A DNA stretch of 64,000 nucleotides from a virus (IMGVR_UViG_3300033120_000148:11764-75763); one strand, 5' to 3'; positions 52,278 to 61,864 are shown, counted from the stretch's first letter. Program-made: numbers and translations. The notes: generated by a model not told the origin, from the letters alone.

Positions 52278-52637
52278 TGCAGGGACACATACTCTATCCC
52301 ATCCTCCTTTTAGAGCATTTTTCATATAGTAATCTTGACTGATATAGTTCATATCATCCAATACTATATTCTTGTAAGGACACTTTTCTGAAGCCAATAG
52401 ATTAATGATGTTAGCTACTTCTGTAGCATCATTGGTTATAATTCTATTTCCACTAGTCAAAGCTTTTGAAGTAGTAATAGGATACCTCTTTGACCCTCCT
52501 CTAAATGGTAATGGTTTATTTACACTACTAATAATATAAGTAGTTTTAGGATCTAATCCCTTAATACCAAGCTCTGGAATTTCTCCAATTGAAGTTGATT
52601 TACCAAATCCACTTTTAGCTAAAATTAAACACTTCAT
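52278..52637 (-). CDS. AAA_24-like ATPase, 5' part (Walker A + Walker B)
   Basis: Walker A LILAKSGFGKST, Walker B NIVLDDMNY. Ends ..LKGGWDRVCVPA with TAA. Confidence 0.5.
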
Positions 52638-53796
52638 CTTTTTTCTTTTTTACTTTTATTTTACTAAATAACATAAAGACCTTTGCTGCCTTTCCTCTTA
52701 AAGCCTTTAAATAACTATAAACTTCCTCTATTCCTGCTTTATTAGTTGGTAATGGTAATTCTTTAAAATTACATACTGCACCATCAAAGAATAATGGGCA
52801 TATTCCACCCATTTCACCATCCCTCGATACAATCATTTCTACAAATCTAAGATTGTCTTTGAATTCCATAACATTGTAGCCTAAATACTCTTTTAAACCA
52901 AATCTAAAAGGTGAAAATAAACCCATTACTACATTGCTATCTCTTGCAGTATATTTTGAATCTCCAAGACCTGCTACTGAAGGTCTTACTTTACCTAACT
53001 TAAATGCTTCATTACCCTCTTGGTCAAAGTTCTGCTGTTGAATAACAATAGGACTCATATAATATCTGTTTCTAAGATACTTAGCTAGATATTCTGACAA
53101 TTTATCCATAGAAGCTTTTAAATTCATACCTTTTTCAGTATCTATAAGATTAATAGTATCAATTAATGGTACTACTATTGCATTAGGATCATCTGGAATA
53201 TATTTATCAAATACTTGTATAGTTCTTGTATATCCTAGTTCATCTTTATATTTACCTTCTTTTAGTTGAACTTTACCATGTTCCTCAGCATATTGTTTAC
53301 AATACTTATATATACCTGTAGGATTAGGTGCTTCAGTAGGAAATATTACATGATCTTCAAAATACTTTAATATATCCTGAAATTCATCAGAGTTAATCAT
53401 ATCAAGTATTTCTTGAGAACATGGTTTATTTGTACTTCTTAAATCTCTTGGAGATATTCTAGTTTTACCATTAGTTAAATCAAATAATAGCCAAGACATG
53501 AATCTCTCCATAATTCTAGCAGGAGTTTCTTCTAAAGGGAAATAGATTACAGTATAATTAATATCAGATTTAGAATAGTAACAATACATCAAAGTTTTAT
53601 AGATAAAGACAAATGAAGTAAATTGTGATTTACCACCTTTGGTAAAACTTGTTACTGTATAATAGCAAGCCTTTTCTACTCCAATAAAGTCATCTTTAAA
53701 CCTTTCAAATGGTGGTGGTAAACAATTAATTTTACCCTCAATTAATCTTTGTCTTCTATCTGTTATATTACTAATTACATCATTGATTAAACTCAT
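52615..53796 (-). CDS. DnaB-family replicative helicase (C-terminal RecA-like domain), putative
   Basis: LPPPFERFKDDFIGVEK..VTSFTKGGKSQF resembles the DnaB Walker A region. IVVPLIDTINLI resembles Walker B. SPIVIQQQNFDQEGN resembles the Q/H3 region. Confidence 0.5.
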   Translation of the reverse strand: MSLINDVISNITDRRQRLIEGKINCLPPPFERFKDDFIGVEKACYYTVTSFTKGGKSQFTSFVFIYKTLMYCYYSKSDINYTVIYFPLEETPARIMERFMSWLLFDLTNGKTRISPRDLRSTNKPCSQEILDMINSDEFQDILKYFEDHVIFPTEAPNPTGIYKYCKQYAEEHGKVQLKEGKYKDELGYTRTIQVFDKYIPDDPNAIVVPLIDTINLIDTEKGMNLKASMDKLSEYLAKYLRNRYYMSPIVIQQQNFDQEGNEAFKLGKVRPSVAGLGDSKYTARDSNVVMGLFSPFRFGLKEYLGYNVMEFKDNLRFVEMIVSRDGEMGGICPLFFDGAVCNFKELPLPTNKAGIEEVYSYLKALRGKAAKVFMLFSKIKVKKKKDEVFNFS

Positions 53797-53802
53797 TTAA
53801 TA

Positions 53803-54405
53803 TTATTTTATTTCAACTTCCCATAGATTACTAACAGTTTCTTCTCCTTTATTCTCAATATAATTAATCAACTCAGAGCTTTCTTCTACTTTACCTGCAG
53901 CACCTTTTTCATCTTTAAATAGAAAATATTTAAGAACTTTCATAAATCTATAATCACCATTAAAGCTCTCTACATATCTCTTAGCTGCATCAAGTATCTC
54001 CTCATCAGGGTATCTGGTTTCATATTTCTTAAAGAGCACCTTTAATCTCTTTTCAATAAGAGCTACACCATCTGACCAATATAAATTAGTCCCATCCTTC
54101 TTACCTTTAGGAAATACCTCCTTTAGCTTTTTAGCTAATTCTTCTAGTTCCTTATCAGGCTTAGAACTTATAGTTGAATCTACCATAACTGAATTAAGAG
54201 CAGATTTACCTCTCCCTGTTACTAACCATTTATAATGAGTGTTATTAAATAATTCTCTGTTAGCAGTTATATAACCCTTATCAATTAAAGATTTCTCTGC
54301 TTCTTCTAAATCTAAATTTTCTTTAATGCTTATTAGCAAGATACTTTCTGCAATACTAAGATCTTTTTTTACACAAACTTCTTCATTCAAAAATATATTG
54401 CTCAT
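53803..54405 (-). CDS. Hypothetical protein, 200 aa
   Basis: ORF only. Confidence 0.45.
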   Translation of the reverse strand: MSNIFLNEEVCVKKDLSIAESILLISIKENLDLEEAEKSLIDKGYITANRELFNNTHYKWLVTGRGKSALNSVMVDSTISSKPDKELEELAKKLKEVFPKGKKDGTNLYWSDGVALIEKRLKVLFKKYETRYPDEEILDAAKRYVESFNGDYRFMKVLKYFLFKDEKGAAGKVEESSELINYIENKGEETVSNLWEVEIK

Positions 54406-55606
54406 TTTTTAAATCATTAATATTTTTAATCTCCTTAATTAATGCTGGATTATAATCTTTCAGCATTTTATCTTTTAGTTTCTCTTCCCTAGTGAATCTG
54501 TAATAAGGAATAATAATTACAGGACTTTCATGTCTAAGTAATCTACCTAATCTCTGAATAATAACTATTTCAGAGCTATTCAAATTAGCAAATACACCTA
54601 CCTTACAATTAACTAGATTAGCACCTTCATTAAGCATAGTACATGATGATAAATGGTTTATTTTATTACAATTAAAATCATTCATTATCTTTTCATTTCT
54701 AACACTCTTATTTTTAAAACTAATAGCATTATCACATAGCTCTTTTGCTTGTTCTATAGAACTACAAAAAGTCATGGTTCTAGATGAGTCTATAATAGAT
54801 AGTATATCTTTAATTACAGGTGTTTTTAATTTACTTAACCATTTTAATCTTTGATTACATAGTTGTAGCCATTTTCTGTGATGCCTTATTCTATTAGGAT
54901 TATCAGGATTCATACTTGATCCTTTATAAAAACTAATATCATTATCCATATTCTGATAGAACTCATTTTCAGTGCAACGAATTTCTATTTTATATAAATG
55001 CTGTTTAATAGCATCCCATCTATGTTTCCAATCTACAACAATTGTAGGATTTCTTCCATTACTATTCTTTGTTATAATCTGACTAGGGTCTAAATCATTA
55101 AGAGTTAAAGGTATTAAATATACTCTTGGATCAGGTAATACTTTATCATCTATTGCATCTTTAATACTAATCTTATATACATATAGATGCTTAAATACTC
55201 TATTTAAATCATATAATTTATACCTTGTAATAGTAGCAGACAATAAAATTGAATGCTTGAAAGACATCTCATTAATAATAGACATACATTTATCAGTAAT
55301 ATGCTGAGCTTCATCAAATATAATAGTATCAATTTCTTTATCCTTATATTTGTGTAAACTCACATATGTTGTAAATATTATATTATCTAGATACTTACTA
55401 TATCCCCATTTGTTAATTTCATCTTTCCAAGTAGTTATCAATACCAGTTTAGGAATTACTATTAAGATTATTCCTGTAGGGTTATATACATTTAATAAAT
55501 CTAAGGAATTCTTAGTCTTACCATATCCCGTAGCTAGTTCTAGTAAGATATTATTATAACTTTCCCCTAGATTTAATATTTCTTTATTAACCTCTTCTCT
55601 ATTCAT
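54383..55606 (-). CDS. Superfamily 2 DNA/RNA helicase
   Basis: Motif I LATGYGKT, motif II FDEAQH, motif III LLSATITR. Confidence 0.7.
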   Translation of the reverse strand: MNREEVNKEILNLGESYNNILLELATGYGKTKNSLDLLNVYNPTGIILIVIPKLVLITTWKDEINKWGYSKYLDNIIFTTYVSLHKYKDKEIDTIIFDEAQHITDKCMSIINEMSFKHSILLSATITRYKLYDLNRVFKHLYVYKISIKDAIDDKVLPDPRVYLIPLTLNDLDPSQIITKNSNGRNPTIVVDWKHRWDAIKQHLYKIEIRCTENEFYQNMDNDISFYKGSSMNPDNPNRIRHHRKWLQLCNQRLKWLSKLKTPVIKDILSIIDSSRTMTFCSSIEQAKELCDNAISFKNKSVRNEKIMNDFNCNKINHLSSCTMLNEGANLVNCKVGVFANLNSSEIVIIQRLGRLLRHESPVIIIPYYRFTREEKLKDKMLKDYNPALIKEIKNINDLKNEQYIFE

Positions 55607-56105
55607 TTTCTACTATTATTCTTAATTTCTTTGTATACTTTGGATCTTTAGCATAGTTTAATTCTTCAAGAAAGCTATAATAGCTCCCTCTATCATATTT
55701 ATATTGGATATATTTTATATAAGCTTCTACACTTTCTGACCAGTGTTTAAACTTATAATATCTTTTATTTTTACTATCATAAAGTCCAAATAGGTTATTA
55801 TTTTTTGTGCATACATCTGATTTAAAATTACCAGTTTCTAGTATGGCTTGAGCATAAACAACATTAGGATATTTAACCTCATAATATTCTAATGCTTCTC
55901 TTAATCCTTTTTCTGGATTTTTATTGAGAAACTCTGGATTATTTGTTTTTTCTTCTATTACAGTTTCATATGTTAATGTGTCATTAGTGTAACATGCTCT
56001 ATCACTAACTCTAGTATAATTAGTACTATCTTTTATTGTACATAATTGTATTTGCATACATAGTGCTACTAATAGAAATGTCACATTCATTATTTTTTGC
56101 TTCAT
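55599..56105 (-). CDS. Secreted GH73 N-acetylglucosaminidase (endolysin-type peptidoglycan hydrolase)
   Basis: Signal peptide MNVTFLLVALCMQIQLC. AQAILETGNFKS..NNLFGL matches the FlgJ/glucosaminidase motif AQAILESGWGKS..NNLFGIK. Confidence 0.65.
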   Translation of the reverse strand: MKQKIMNVTFLLVALCMQIQLCTIKDSTNYTRVSDRACYTNDTLTYETVIEEKTNNPEFLNKNPEKGLREALEYYEVKYPNVVYAQAILETGNFKSDVCTKNNNLFGLYDSKNKRYYKFKHWSESVEAYIKYIQYKYDRGSYYSFLEELNYAKDPKYTKKLRIIVENE

Positions 56106-56178
56106 TTTATATAGTTTAAATTAATAATAGTATTAGGAGTCTAAGTTAATAGCCTCACTAATATTAATATAGAACTAC

Positions 56179-56541
56179 TTAATCTTCATTTACAGAGAAT
56201 GTAAATGACTCTCCACCCTCATTTTGGCAAATGTTGAATAGATGCTTAATAAGTCTTTGGTTCTTATTAAGTAGTTTCCATGATGACACAGAAGGCATCC
56301 AAGAAGGAATATTATCTGGGTCTATCATTGAGTTATATGCTTCCTCAGAAATATTTATTTTCTTTAAAGCAGGTTTTGACTTTCTTGTCTTAAACTCGAT
56401 TCTTTCTCTATGCTTGTTTTCATCTGAAACAATCATAGTGTGAACATTATAAGACTCTGTTGGGTTTTTTGAGCACTCCTTCTCACTCATCATTACTCCT
56501 CCTGGAAGAGTAATAATAAGATTTACTTTAATATTATCCAT
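56179..56541 (-). CDS. Hypothetical protein, 120 aa
   Basis: ORF only. Not GroES-like. Confidence 0.4.
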   Translation of the reverse strand: MDNIKVNLIITLPGGVMMSEKECSKNPTESYNVHTMIVSDENKHRERIEFKTRKSKPALKKINISEEAYNSMIDPDNIPSWMPSVSSWKLLNKNQRLIKHLFNICQNEGGESFTFSVNED

Positions 56542-58121
56542 TAAAAAATTGATTTATTATCATGATTATCTACCATGATACACTTTGTATTCATTATAGT
56601 TAGAGCTACTGAAGCTGCATTTTCCAATGATACTCTAGTAACCTTAGCAGGGTCAATAATACCTGCTTCAATCATATCTACTATTTTATCATTTTTAGCA
56701 TCATATCCTATCCTATTACTAGAATCATAAACATCATCTACATCTGGTACATCCTTAGTAAATATATTAAATGGCTTTAATATAGCTTTTTCAACTATTT
56801 CAATACCTCTCTCTACACTAGGGTCTTCCTCTGTACTAGCTAAGTGGTGTAGTATCATAGATGCCTTAGCATATGTTGCACCACCACCTACTACAATACC
56901 TTCTTCCATTGCTGCATATATAGCACAGATAGCATCATCTACCCTATCTTTTCTCTCATTAACCTCAATGTCTGATTTACCACCTACTTTAATGACTCCA
57001 ATACTACTCTTAAATGTAGCTAATCTCCTCTCTAAAACTCTCTTTACAGAGTCATCACTTGAATTAGTAATTAGATTTTCAATCTCTTTGCATCTATTAT
57101 CTATTTCAGTAGAAGATACTCCATCATTTAGCTCCATAAGAGTATAATTATTGGAGATAGTAGCAGAATTTACTTTTCCTAGCTTACTTTCATCTATATT
57201 TGCTAGTGTATTTCCTATTGAGTCATCAATTAAAGTAGCACCAGTAATAATACTAATATCCTTTAGTGTTTCTTCTCTATTATATGACATTCCAGGAGAT
57301 TTAATAACACACACATTTATCTTACCTCTTATATAATTATATACTAGAGCCTCAAGAGCTGTCTTTGAAATATCATTTACAAAGATAATTAGACACTGAC
57401 CACCTTCTTTGCTTTTACTAATAGCTGGTATTAAAGTATTAGCATCATCTACTCTGCCATTATAAACCAGCACACTAGGATGTATTAATTGAATTTTATC
57501 ATCATCATACTGAGAAGCAAAATTTGCATCTGCATAACCTCTATCTACCTTTGCTCCCTTATAGAAATCTAGATAAGATATATTATTATAAGCTATATCA
57601 GCAGTAACATAACAGTTAATATCCTTCTCAAAGGCTTGACTGATTAAGTCACTGATTGAACTGTCATTATTAGCTGAGATATATGCTACTTGCTTAATAG
57701 ATTCTAGATTATTAGCTACTTCAATATAGCTATCTTTAATATATTCTCCAACTGCATCCACAGCAATATTAATTCCCTCTTTAACTTTTCTAGCATCATA
57801 ACCCTCATCAATACTTTTAATACCTTCATTAATCATAGTTGCTGCTAGAATAGTAGTAGTTGTAGTACCATCTCCTGCTTCTTTAGCTGTCTTTATTGCA
57901 GCACCCTTAACTAAATCTGCACCCATCTTCTCAAATGGGTCTTGCAAATCTACTTCTTGTGCTACAGTAACTCCATCTTTAGTTATATAGGGATATTCAC
58001 TACCTCTATCAATAATTACTTCTTTACCATTAGGTCCTAATGTACTACCAACTGCTTCTGCTAGTATGTTAACACCCTCTTGTAATTTGTATATTGCATC
58101 AAATTTAACTGTCTTACTCAT
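56541..58121 (-). CDS. groL: GroEL-type chaperonin (Cpn60), phage-encoded
   Basis: TLGPNGKEVIID, ITKDGVTVAQEVDL, AGDGTTTTTILA, GGGATYAKAS and C-terminal GIIDPAKVTRVSLENAASVA all match GroEL along the full 526 aa. Confidence 0.9.
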   Translation of the reverse strand: MSKTVKFDAIYKLQEGVNILAEAVGSTLGPNGKEVIIDRGSEYPYITKDGVTVAQEVDLQDPFEKMGADLVKGAAIKTAKEAGDGTTTTTILAATMINEGIKSIDEGYDARKVKEGINIAVDAVGEYIKDSYIEVANNLESIKQVAYISANNDSSISDLISQAFEKDINCYVTADIAYNNISYLDFYKGAKVDRGYADANFASQYDDDKIQLIHPSVLVYNGRVDDANTLIPAISKSKEGGQCLIIFVNDISKTALEALVYNYIRGKINVCVIKSPGMSYNREETLKDISIITGATLIDDSIGNTLANIDESKLGKVNSATISNNYTLMELNDGVSSTEIDNRCKEIENLITNSSDDSVKRVLERRLATFKSSIGVIKVGGKSDIEVNERKDRVDDAICAIYAAMEEGIVVGGGATYAKASMILHHLASTEEDPSVERGIEIVEKAILKPFNIFTKDVPDVDDVYDSSNRIGYDAKNDKIVDMIEAGIIDPAKVTRVSLENAASVALTIMNTKCIMVDNHDNKSIF

Positions 58122-58356
58122 TTACTAATTTATATAATATTTTAAATGCTCTAAATCTAATAAAGTAAATACATACAATAGAAACAAATACTATTGCTAT
58201 AATTCCTTCTACTTTATCATACCATGATAAGTCTTTTCCAATTGCTCCTGCTAAAGTAGCTCCTATAACAAATGACATAAGTAGTATACAACTAAGGTAT
58301 AATATAATTAATATTATTAATCTTATATAGTATATAGTACGTCTAAATTTATTCAT
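58114..58356 (-). CDS. Small two-TM membrane protein (holin-like?)
   Basis: 80 aa with two hydrophobic helices. Located in the lysis cluster. Confidence 0.4.
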   Translation of the reverse strand: MNKFRRTIYYIRLIILIILYLSCILLMSFVIGATLAGAIGKDLSWYDKVEGIIAIVFVSIVCIYFIRFRAFKILYKLVNE

Positions 58357-58409
58357 TTACAGAGATATTAATTCCCTATAATTAAATCAATAACTATAGG
58401 GAATATTAT

Positions 58410-59240
58410 TTACTTTATATCATAAAATGGTGTTGCGCCATTTCCCATTAACATAGTAATCTTAACATTCCCTTTATTTCTTACCATATCAACTTTCTCT
58501 TTCTCAATCTCAACTGATCTTAGTCTTATATACTGCTCAGGGTTTAATCCCATCTTAGCTCTATAGGCATCATCTGCTTCTGCTCTCTTTTCTTCTGCTA
58601 GCTTTCTATATCCCTGCATCTGAGAAGCTGCTATTTGAGTCTGCTTAGCTTGTATCTGTGCTGCTGTCTTATTATATTCTTCCATTACTTCTGCATTAGG
58701 ACTTGCTTTATCTATAATAACTTTCATAATAGTAATAGGAATATGTTCTCTCTTAACTTTATCCTTTAGAACATTCTCTATTCTTTTTGAAGCATTATCA
58801 TAAATAGTTCTCTTACAAGTTAATTCCATCATAGGATACTTGCTAATCTCATTTCTTACTTCATTGCACATGTCCTTCTTAATATCATTTTCATACCACT
58901 TTACTCCAAAGTTCTTTATAAGAGTAGGTGATTCTCCCTTATTAATTCTAATAAGAACATGGGCAGTTAAATCTACAGGTGTATTATCAGAACTCATAAT
59001 ATCAGTAAATGATTCATCATATTGTACTGGTATAATTTTAACTCTGACTACATCTGTAGTCCATGCTGTCCAAGTAGTTCCTGATGTAATAGGAGTATCA
59101 TAAACTCCCCCATGCCCAAAGAACCATGGCTTAGCAATTAATACTGCTTCTTCATCTGCATCAACATCTGAAAAACTACAGCTAGATAGACCTATCATAC
59201 TGATTAGACCTATCAAAAACAATTTTAAAATTTGTTTCAT
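58410..59240 (-). CDS. Lipoprotein with SPFH/band-7 (prohibitin/stomatin-like) domain
   Basis: Lipobox LIGLISMIGLSSC. SPFH-like core RVKIIPVQYD..VDLTAHVLIRIN, then Ala/Gln-rich coiled coil TAAQIQAKQTQIAASQMQGYRKLAEEKRAEADDAYRAKMG. Confidence 0.55.
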   Translation of the reverse strand: MKQILKLFLIGLISMIGLSSCSFSDVDADEEAVLIAKPWFFGHGGVYDTPITSGTTWTAWTTDVVRVKIIPVQYDESFTDIMSSDNTPVDLTAHVLIRINKGESPTLIKNFGVKWYENDIKKDMCNEVRNEISKYPMMELTCKRTIYDNASKRIENVLKDKVKREHIPITIMKVIIDKASPNAEVMEEYNKTAAQIQAKQTQIAASQMQGYRKLAEEKRAEADDAYRAKMGLNPEQYIRLRSVEIEKEKVDMVRNKGNVKITMLMGNGATPFYDIK

Positions 59241-59261
59241 ACTTTCTTTTAAATAAATTAA

Positions 59262-59690
59262 TTATTTTTTACTATCTTCATATAGCTGAGTAATAACATT
59301 ATTAGGTGTTATTACATATTGAATGCCACCTAAATCTGTATGTGCTTCTAGTATAGCCCCTCTAATAGGTAATACCTTACATATATCTCTAAACCAAGGG
59401 ATTAGATTACTCTTAATATCGTCATCACCATAGTCTCTTAGATCTCCCCAAATAGATATTTCCCAAAAAGCTACATCACATAGGTCATTATGATTATATT
59501 TAATACATAAGCTTCCTTCAGATCCTTTAGGTACTCTACTTTCCCTACCTTTCTTAGTATCTAGTTCCTCATAAGATACTGGTTTACCTATAGTACCTTC
59601 AAGAACTTTTCTATTATCATCTATTAAAGACTCATTAAATATAAGAGCATTGACTCTAATATGACCTGCTACATGTGTCCATTCACTCAT
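59262..59690 (-). CDS. Hypothetical protein, 142 aa
   Basis: ORF only. Confidence 0.45.
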   Translation of the reverse strand: MSEWTHVAGHIRVNALIFNESLIDDNRKVLEGTIGKPVSYEELDTKKGRESRVPKGSEGSLCIKYNHNDLCDVAFWEISIWGDLRDYGDDDIKSNLIPWFRDICKVLPIRGAILEAHTDLGGIQYVITPNNVITQLYEDSKK

Positions 59691-59692
59691 AA

Positions 59693-60193
59693 TTATTTAA
59701 ATTTATTAATAAATTCATTAACATCATAATAGGGAATTCCAAAGTTCTCTGCACACTTCTTATCTGAATCAGAGAATTGACCTTCCAAGCCACTAGCATC
59801 ACCAATCATAATGCAGTCTTCTTTAAGGAAACCAAAGTTCATACTTAGTTCTTCAAGCATTCCAGGATTAGGTTTTCTATCATAATTTTCTTTAACATTA
59901 GAGGCACAATAAATTCCATAACATTTACAATCTATATACTCTGCTATAGCTTGTTCAATATACTGAAGTTTATCTCTAAAGTGCATCTCAGGAACAAATA
60001 TTCCTATTCCACCTTGGTTGGTTACTATACCTATTTTAGAAGGTTTAATCTTCTTTAAGGCATCTAGTAATTCAAAATTAAATTTCATATCCCATATACC
60101 CTTAGGGAATGTTTCCCCACTAATAGTATTTATTATTGTACCATCTAGATCTAGGAATACTACTTTATTATTAAGTTCTTCTCTCTCTTTCAT
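59693..60193 (-). CDS. HAD-superfamily (IIIA-type) phosphatase, polynucleotide 3'-phosphatase-like
   Basis: Motif I VVFLDLDGTIIN, motif II GIVTNQGGIG, motif III RKPNPGML, motif IV IMIGDASG. Confidence 0.7.
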   Translation of the reverse strand: MKEREELNNKVVFLDLDGTIINTISGETFPKGIWDMKFNFELLDALKKIKPSKIGIVTNQGGIGIFVPEMHFRDKLQYIEQAIAEYIDCKCYGIYCASNVKENYDRKPNPGMLEELSMNFGFLKEDCIMIGDASGLEGQFSDSDKKCAENFGIPYYDVNEFINKFK

Positions 60194-60198
60194 ATTTA

Positions 60199-60528
60199 TT
60201 AATTTAATCTTAAAACTAAACTAGTATAACCATCTTCTTTATAGTAAGGAATAAAACCCTTGTTAATATACCAATTTTCTATCCAAGAGTCTTCTTCTGC
60301 TTTTAAATGCAAAGTAGAGCAGCCTAATTCTTTAGCTCTAGATATAACATATTGCAGCATTGCATTACCAAAGCCTTTAGACCTATGTTTTTTTCTTACT
60401 GATAAATTATAAAGCCATACTTCATCTCTATAGTTCTTATAAAATGATAATTCTCCAAAAGAAATACCTTCCTCCTGCATTATCCTAATAGTTACTTCAT
60501 CATCTAATACTACTATATGCTCTATCAT
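60199..60528 (-). CDS. GNAT family N-acetyltransferase
   Basis: Motif A HRSKGFGNAMLQYVISRAKELG. Confidence 0.65.
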   Translation of the reverse strand: MIEHIVVLDDEVTIRIMQEEGISFGELSFYKNYRDEVWLYNLSVRKKHRSKGFGNAMLQYVISRAKELGCSTLHLKAEEDSWIENWYINKGFIPYYKEDGYTSLVLRLN

Positions 60529-60529
60529 A

Positions 60530-60808
60530 CTATTTTAATTTATCTATAAATTCTTGTACAAGATTACATTCTTTTGTACAAGGGTTACCATAGGTTTTAC
60601 AATTTCTATGACATTCTCCAAAAGAAGCATAGACACACAACTTCATATAGTTATTAATAGCTTTACTCTTTACTTCTTCCTGAGCTATTTCAATAGCCTT
60701 ATAAGCATCTTCTTTTTTAACCCAGTTTAAAGTATTAAAGAAAGTAATATTATTTTTATGGTTATGTATATGTTCATTGATATAATGTCTTGCTTTTTTA
60801 CCAATCAT
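60530..60808 (-). CDS. Cys-rich hypothetical protein, 92 aa
   Basis: CxxxC/CxxxC cluster (CHRNCKTYGNPCTKEC). Confidence 0.4.
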   Translation of the reverse strand: MIGKKARHYINEHIHNHKNNITFFNTLNWVKKEDAYKAIEIAQEEVKSKAINNYMKLCVYASFGECHRNCKTYGNPCTKECNLVQEFIDKLK

Positions 60809-61038
60809 ACTATTTTAAGTTCAATTGTTATTTTCTTAGGGTCATGGTTTATACCCCAATTTTTAGTTAAATCCTTTACTAAATCTTCAACTGCTGGTAT
60901 ATCACCTAAATGATGTAATTGGCTACACCATTCTCCATCAGTATCATTCTTATTGTCATAAATTTTTGATGGTTTAAGCCAAAATACATGAGTACCAGTT
61001 CTATCTTTAGCTACCCATATTGTTATAAATGTCTCCAT
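60805..61038 (-). CDS. Hypothetical protein, 77 aa
   Basis: ORF only. Confidence 0.4.
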   Translation of the reverse strand: METFITIWVAKDRTGTHVFWLKPSKIYDNKNDTDGEWCSQLHHLGDIPAVEDLVKDLTKNWGINHDPKKITIELKIV

Positions 61039-61057
61039 ACAGTATATAATTTTATAT

Positions 61058-61471
61058 TTATTTATAAATTTTCTTTATTTCAAAACCTATTATAACATGG
61101 TAATTAATATCCCTAAATATTAAGGCTGTTTCTAGTAAACTAATAACTCTATAAATACCTTCTTTTTTTATTATTTCACTATCTGTGGGCAATGAAAGAA
61201 TGGGAATATATATTCCTGTATTTAATAGTAGAACAATATCATACCTATCCAGTTTAGGATAGCTAATATAACTAATACTTTCAAGTCTTCTATACCTAAC
61301 CACTCTAGGACAATGAATATTATTTAGATAAAGTACCATTCTATTTTTATTTGCAATAGATATATTATACATTTCAAATGTACTGCTATTTCTTATTTTA
61401 CATTCTGAAATTAGAGAATTAATATACTTTCTGTCTCTCTTAATAATTCTAACTCTATATAGTTTAACCAT
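61058..61471 (-). CDS. Hypothetical protein, 137 aa, tandem paralog A
   Basis: N-terminus LYRVRIIKRDRKYINSLI shares the motif LYxxRIIKRDR with the neighbouring gene. Confidence 0.45.
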   Translation of the reverse strand: MVKLYRVRIIKRDRKYINSLISECKIRNSSTFEMYNISIANKNRMVLYLNNIHCPRVVRYRRLESISYISYPKLDRYDIVLLLNTGIYIPILSLPTDSEIIKKEGIYRVISLLETALIFRDINYHVIIGFEIKKIYK

Positions 61472-61474
61472 AAT

Positions 61475-61864
61475 TTAGCACCTTTCACATTTTATATTTA
61501 CAAAGTCTTGGTAATTATTTGCAATAGCTCTTATAAGGTTCTTAATCTGTAATAGTTTATTTAAATCCCTATAGGAAAACTCTTTATTAATATATGCTAT
61601 TGGTATAAGCAATAAATGATTACAAGAGGAACATGTTGAAGAACTTGATAGTGCTGCTTCTATCTTATCACCATATATATCTAAATATTCTAGTTCCCCG
61701 AAATCACTAAATTTAGAAGGACATTTTATTTCAATAATATTAATTTCCGTACTTTGTGTTCTCTTAATTGTAATATTAATAGATTCTAAAGCAGTTCTTA
61801 TAATACTATATAGAATATCTCTATCTCTTTTAATAATTCTACATTTATATAAACCTCTAGTCAT
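61475..61864 (-). CDS. Hypothetical protein, 129 aa, tandem paralog B (Cys-rich C-terminus)
   Basis: N-terminus LYKCRIIKRDRDILYSII. C-terminus CSSCNH..CERC. Confidence 0.45.
   Translation of the reverse strand: MTRGLYKCRIIKRDRDILYSIIRTALESINITIKRTQSTEINIIEIKCPSKFSDFGELEYLDIYGDKIEAALSSSSTCSSCNHLLLIPIAYINKEFSYRDLNKLLQIKNLIRAIANNYQDFVNIKCERC

Noticed and set aside
52046-52342. 98-aa plus-strand ORF inside the AAA_24 insert
   Set aside because: Hydrophobic junk translation on the opposite strand to all neighbouring genes. The insert is more likely noncoding, possibly intron-like.
19583-60224. Plus-strand ORFs embedded in minus-strand genes (19583-19768, 22888-23088, 25576-25938, 27523-27873, 28270-28548, 28678-28902, 30663-30896, 31529-31732, 32042-32257, 32989-33177, 41223-41417, 45137-45394, 48573-48900, 49939-50232, 50277-50624, 51082-51444, 55350-55559, 56231-56443, 57151-57336, 58840-59103, 60018-60224)
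   Set aside because: They lie fully inside well-supported, longer opposite-strand genes and have Ser/Leu-rich junk compositions.
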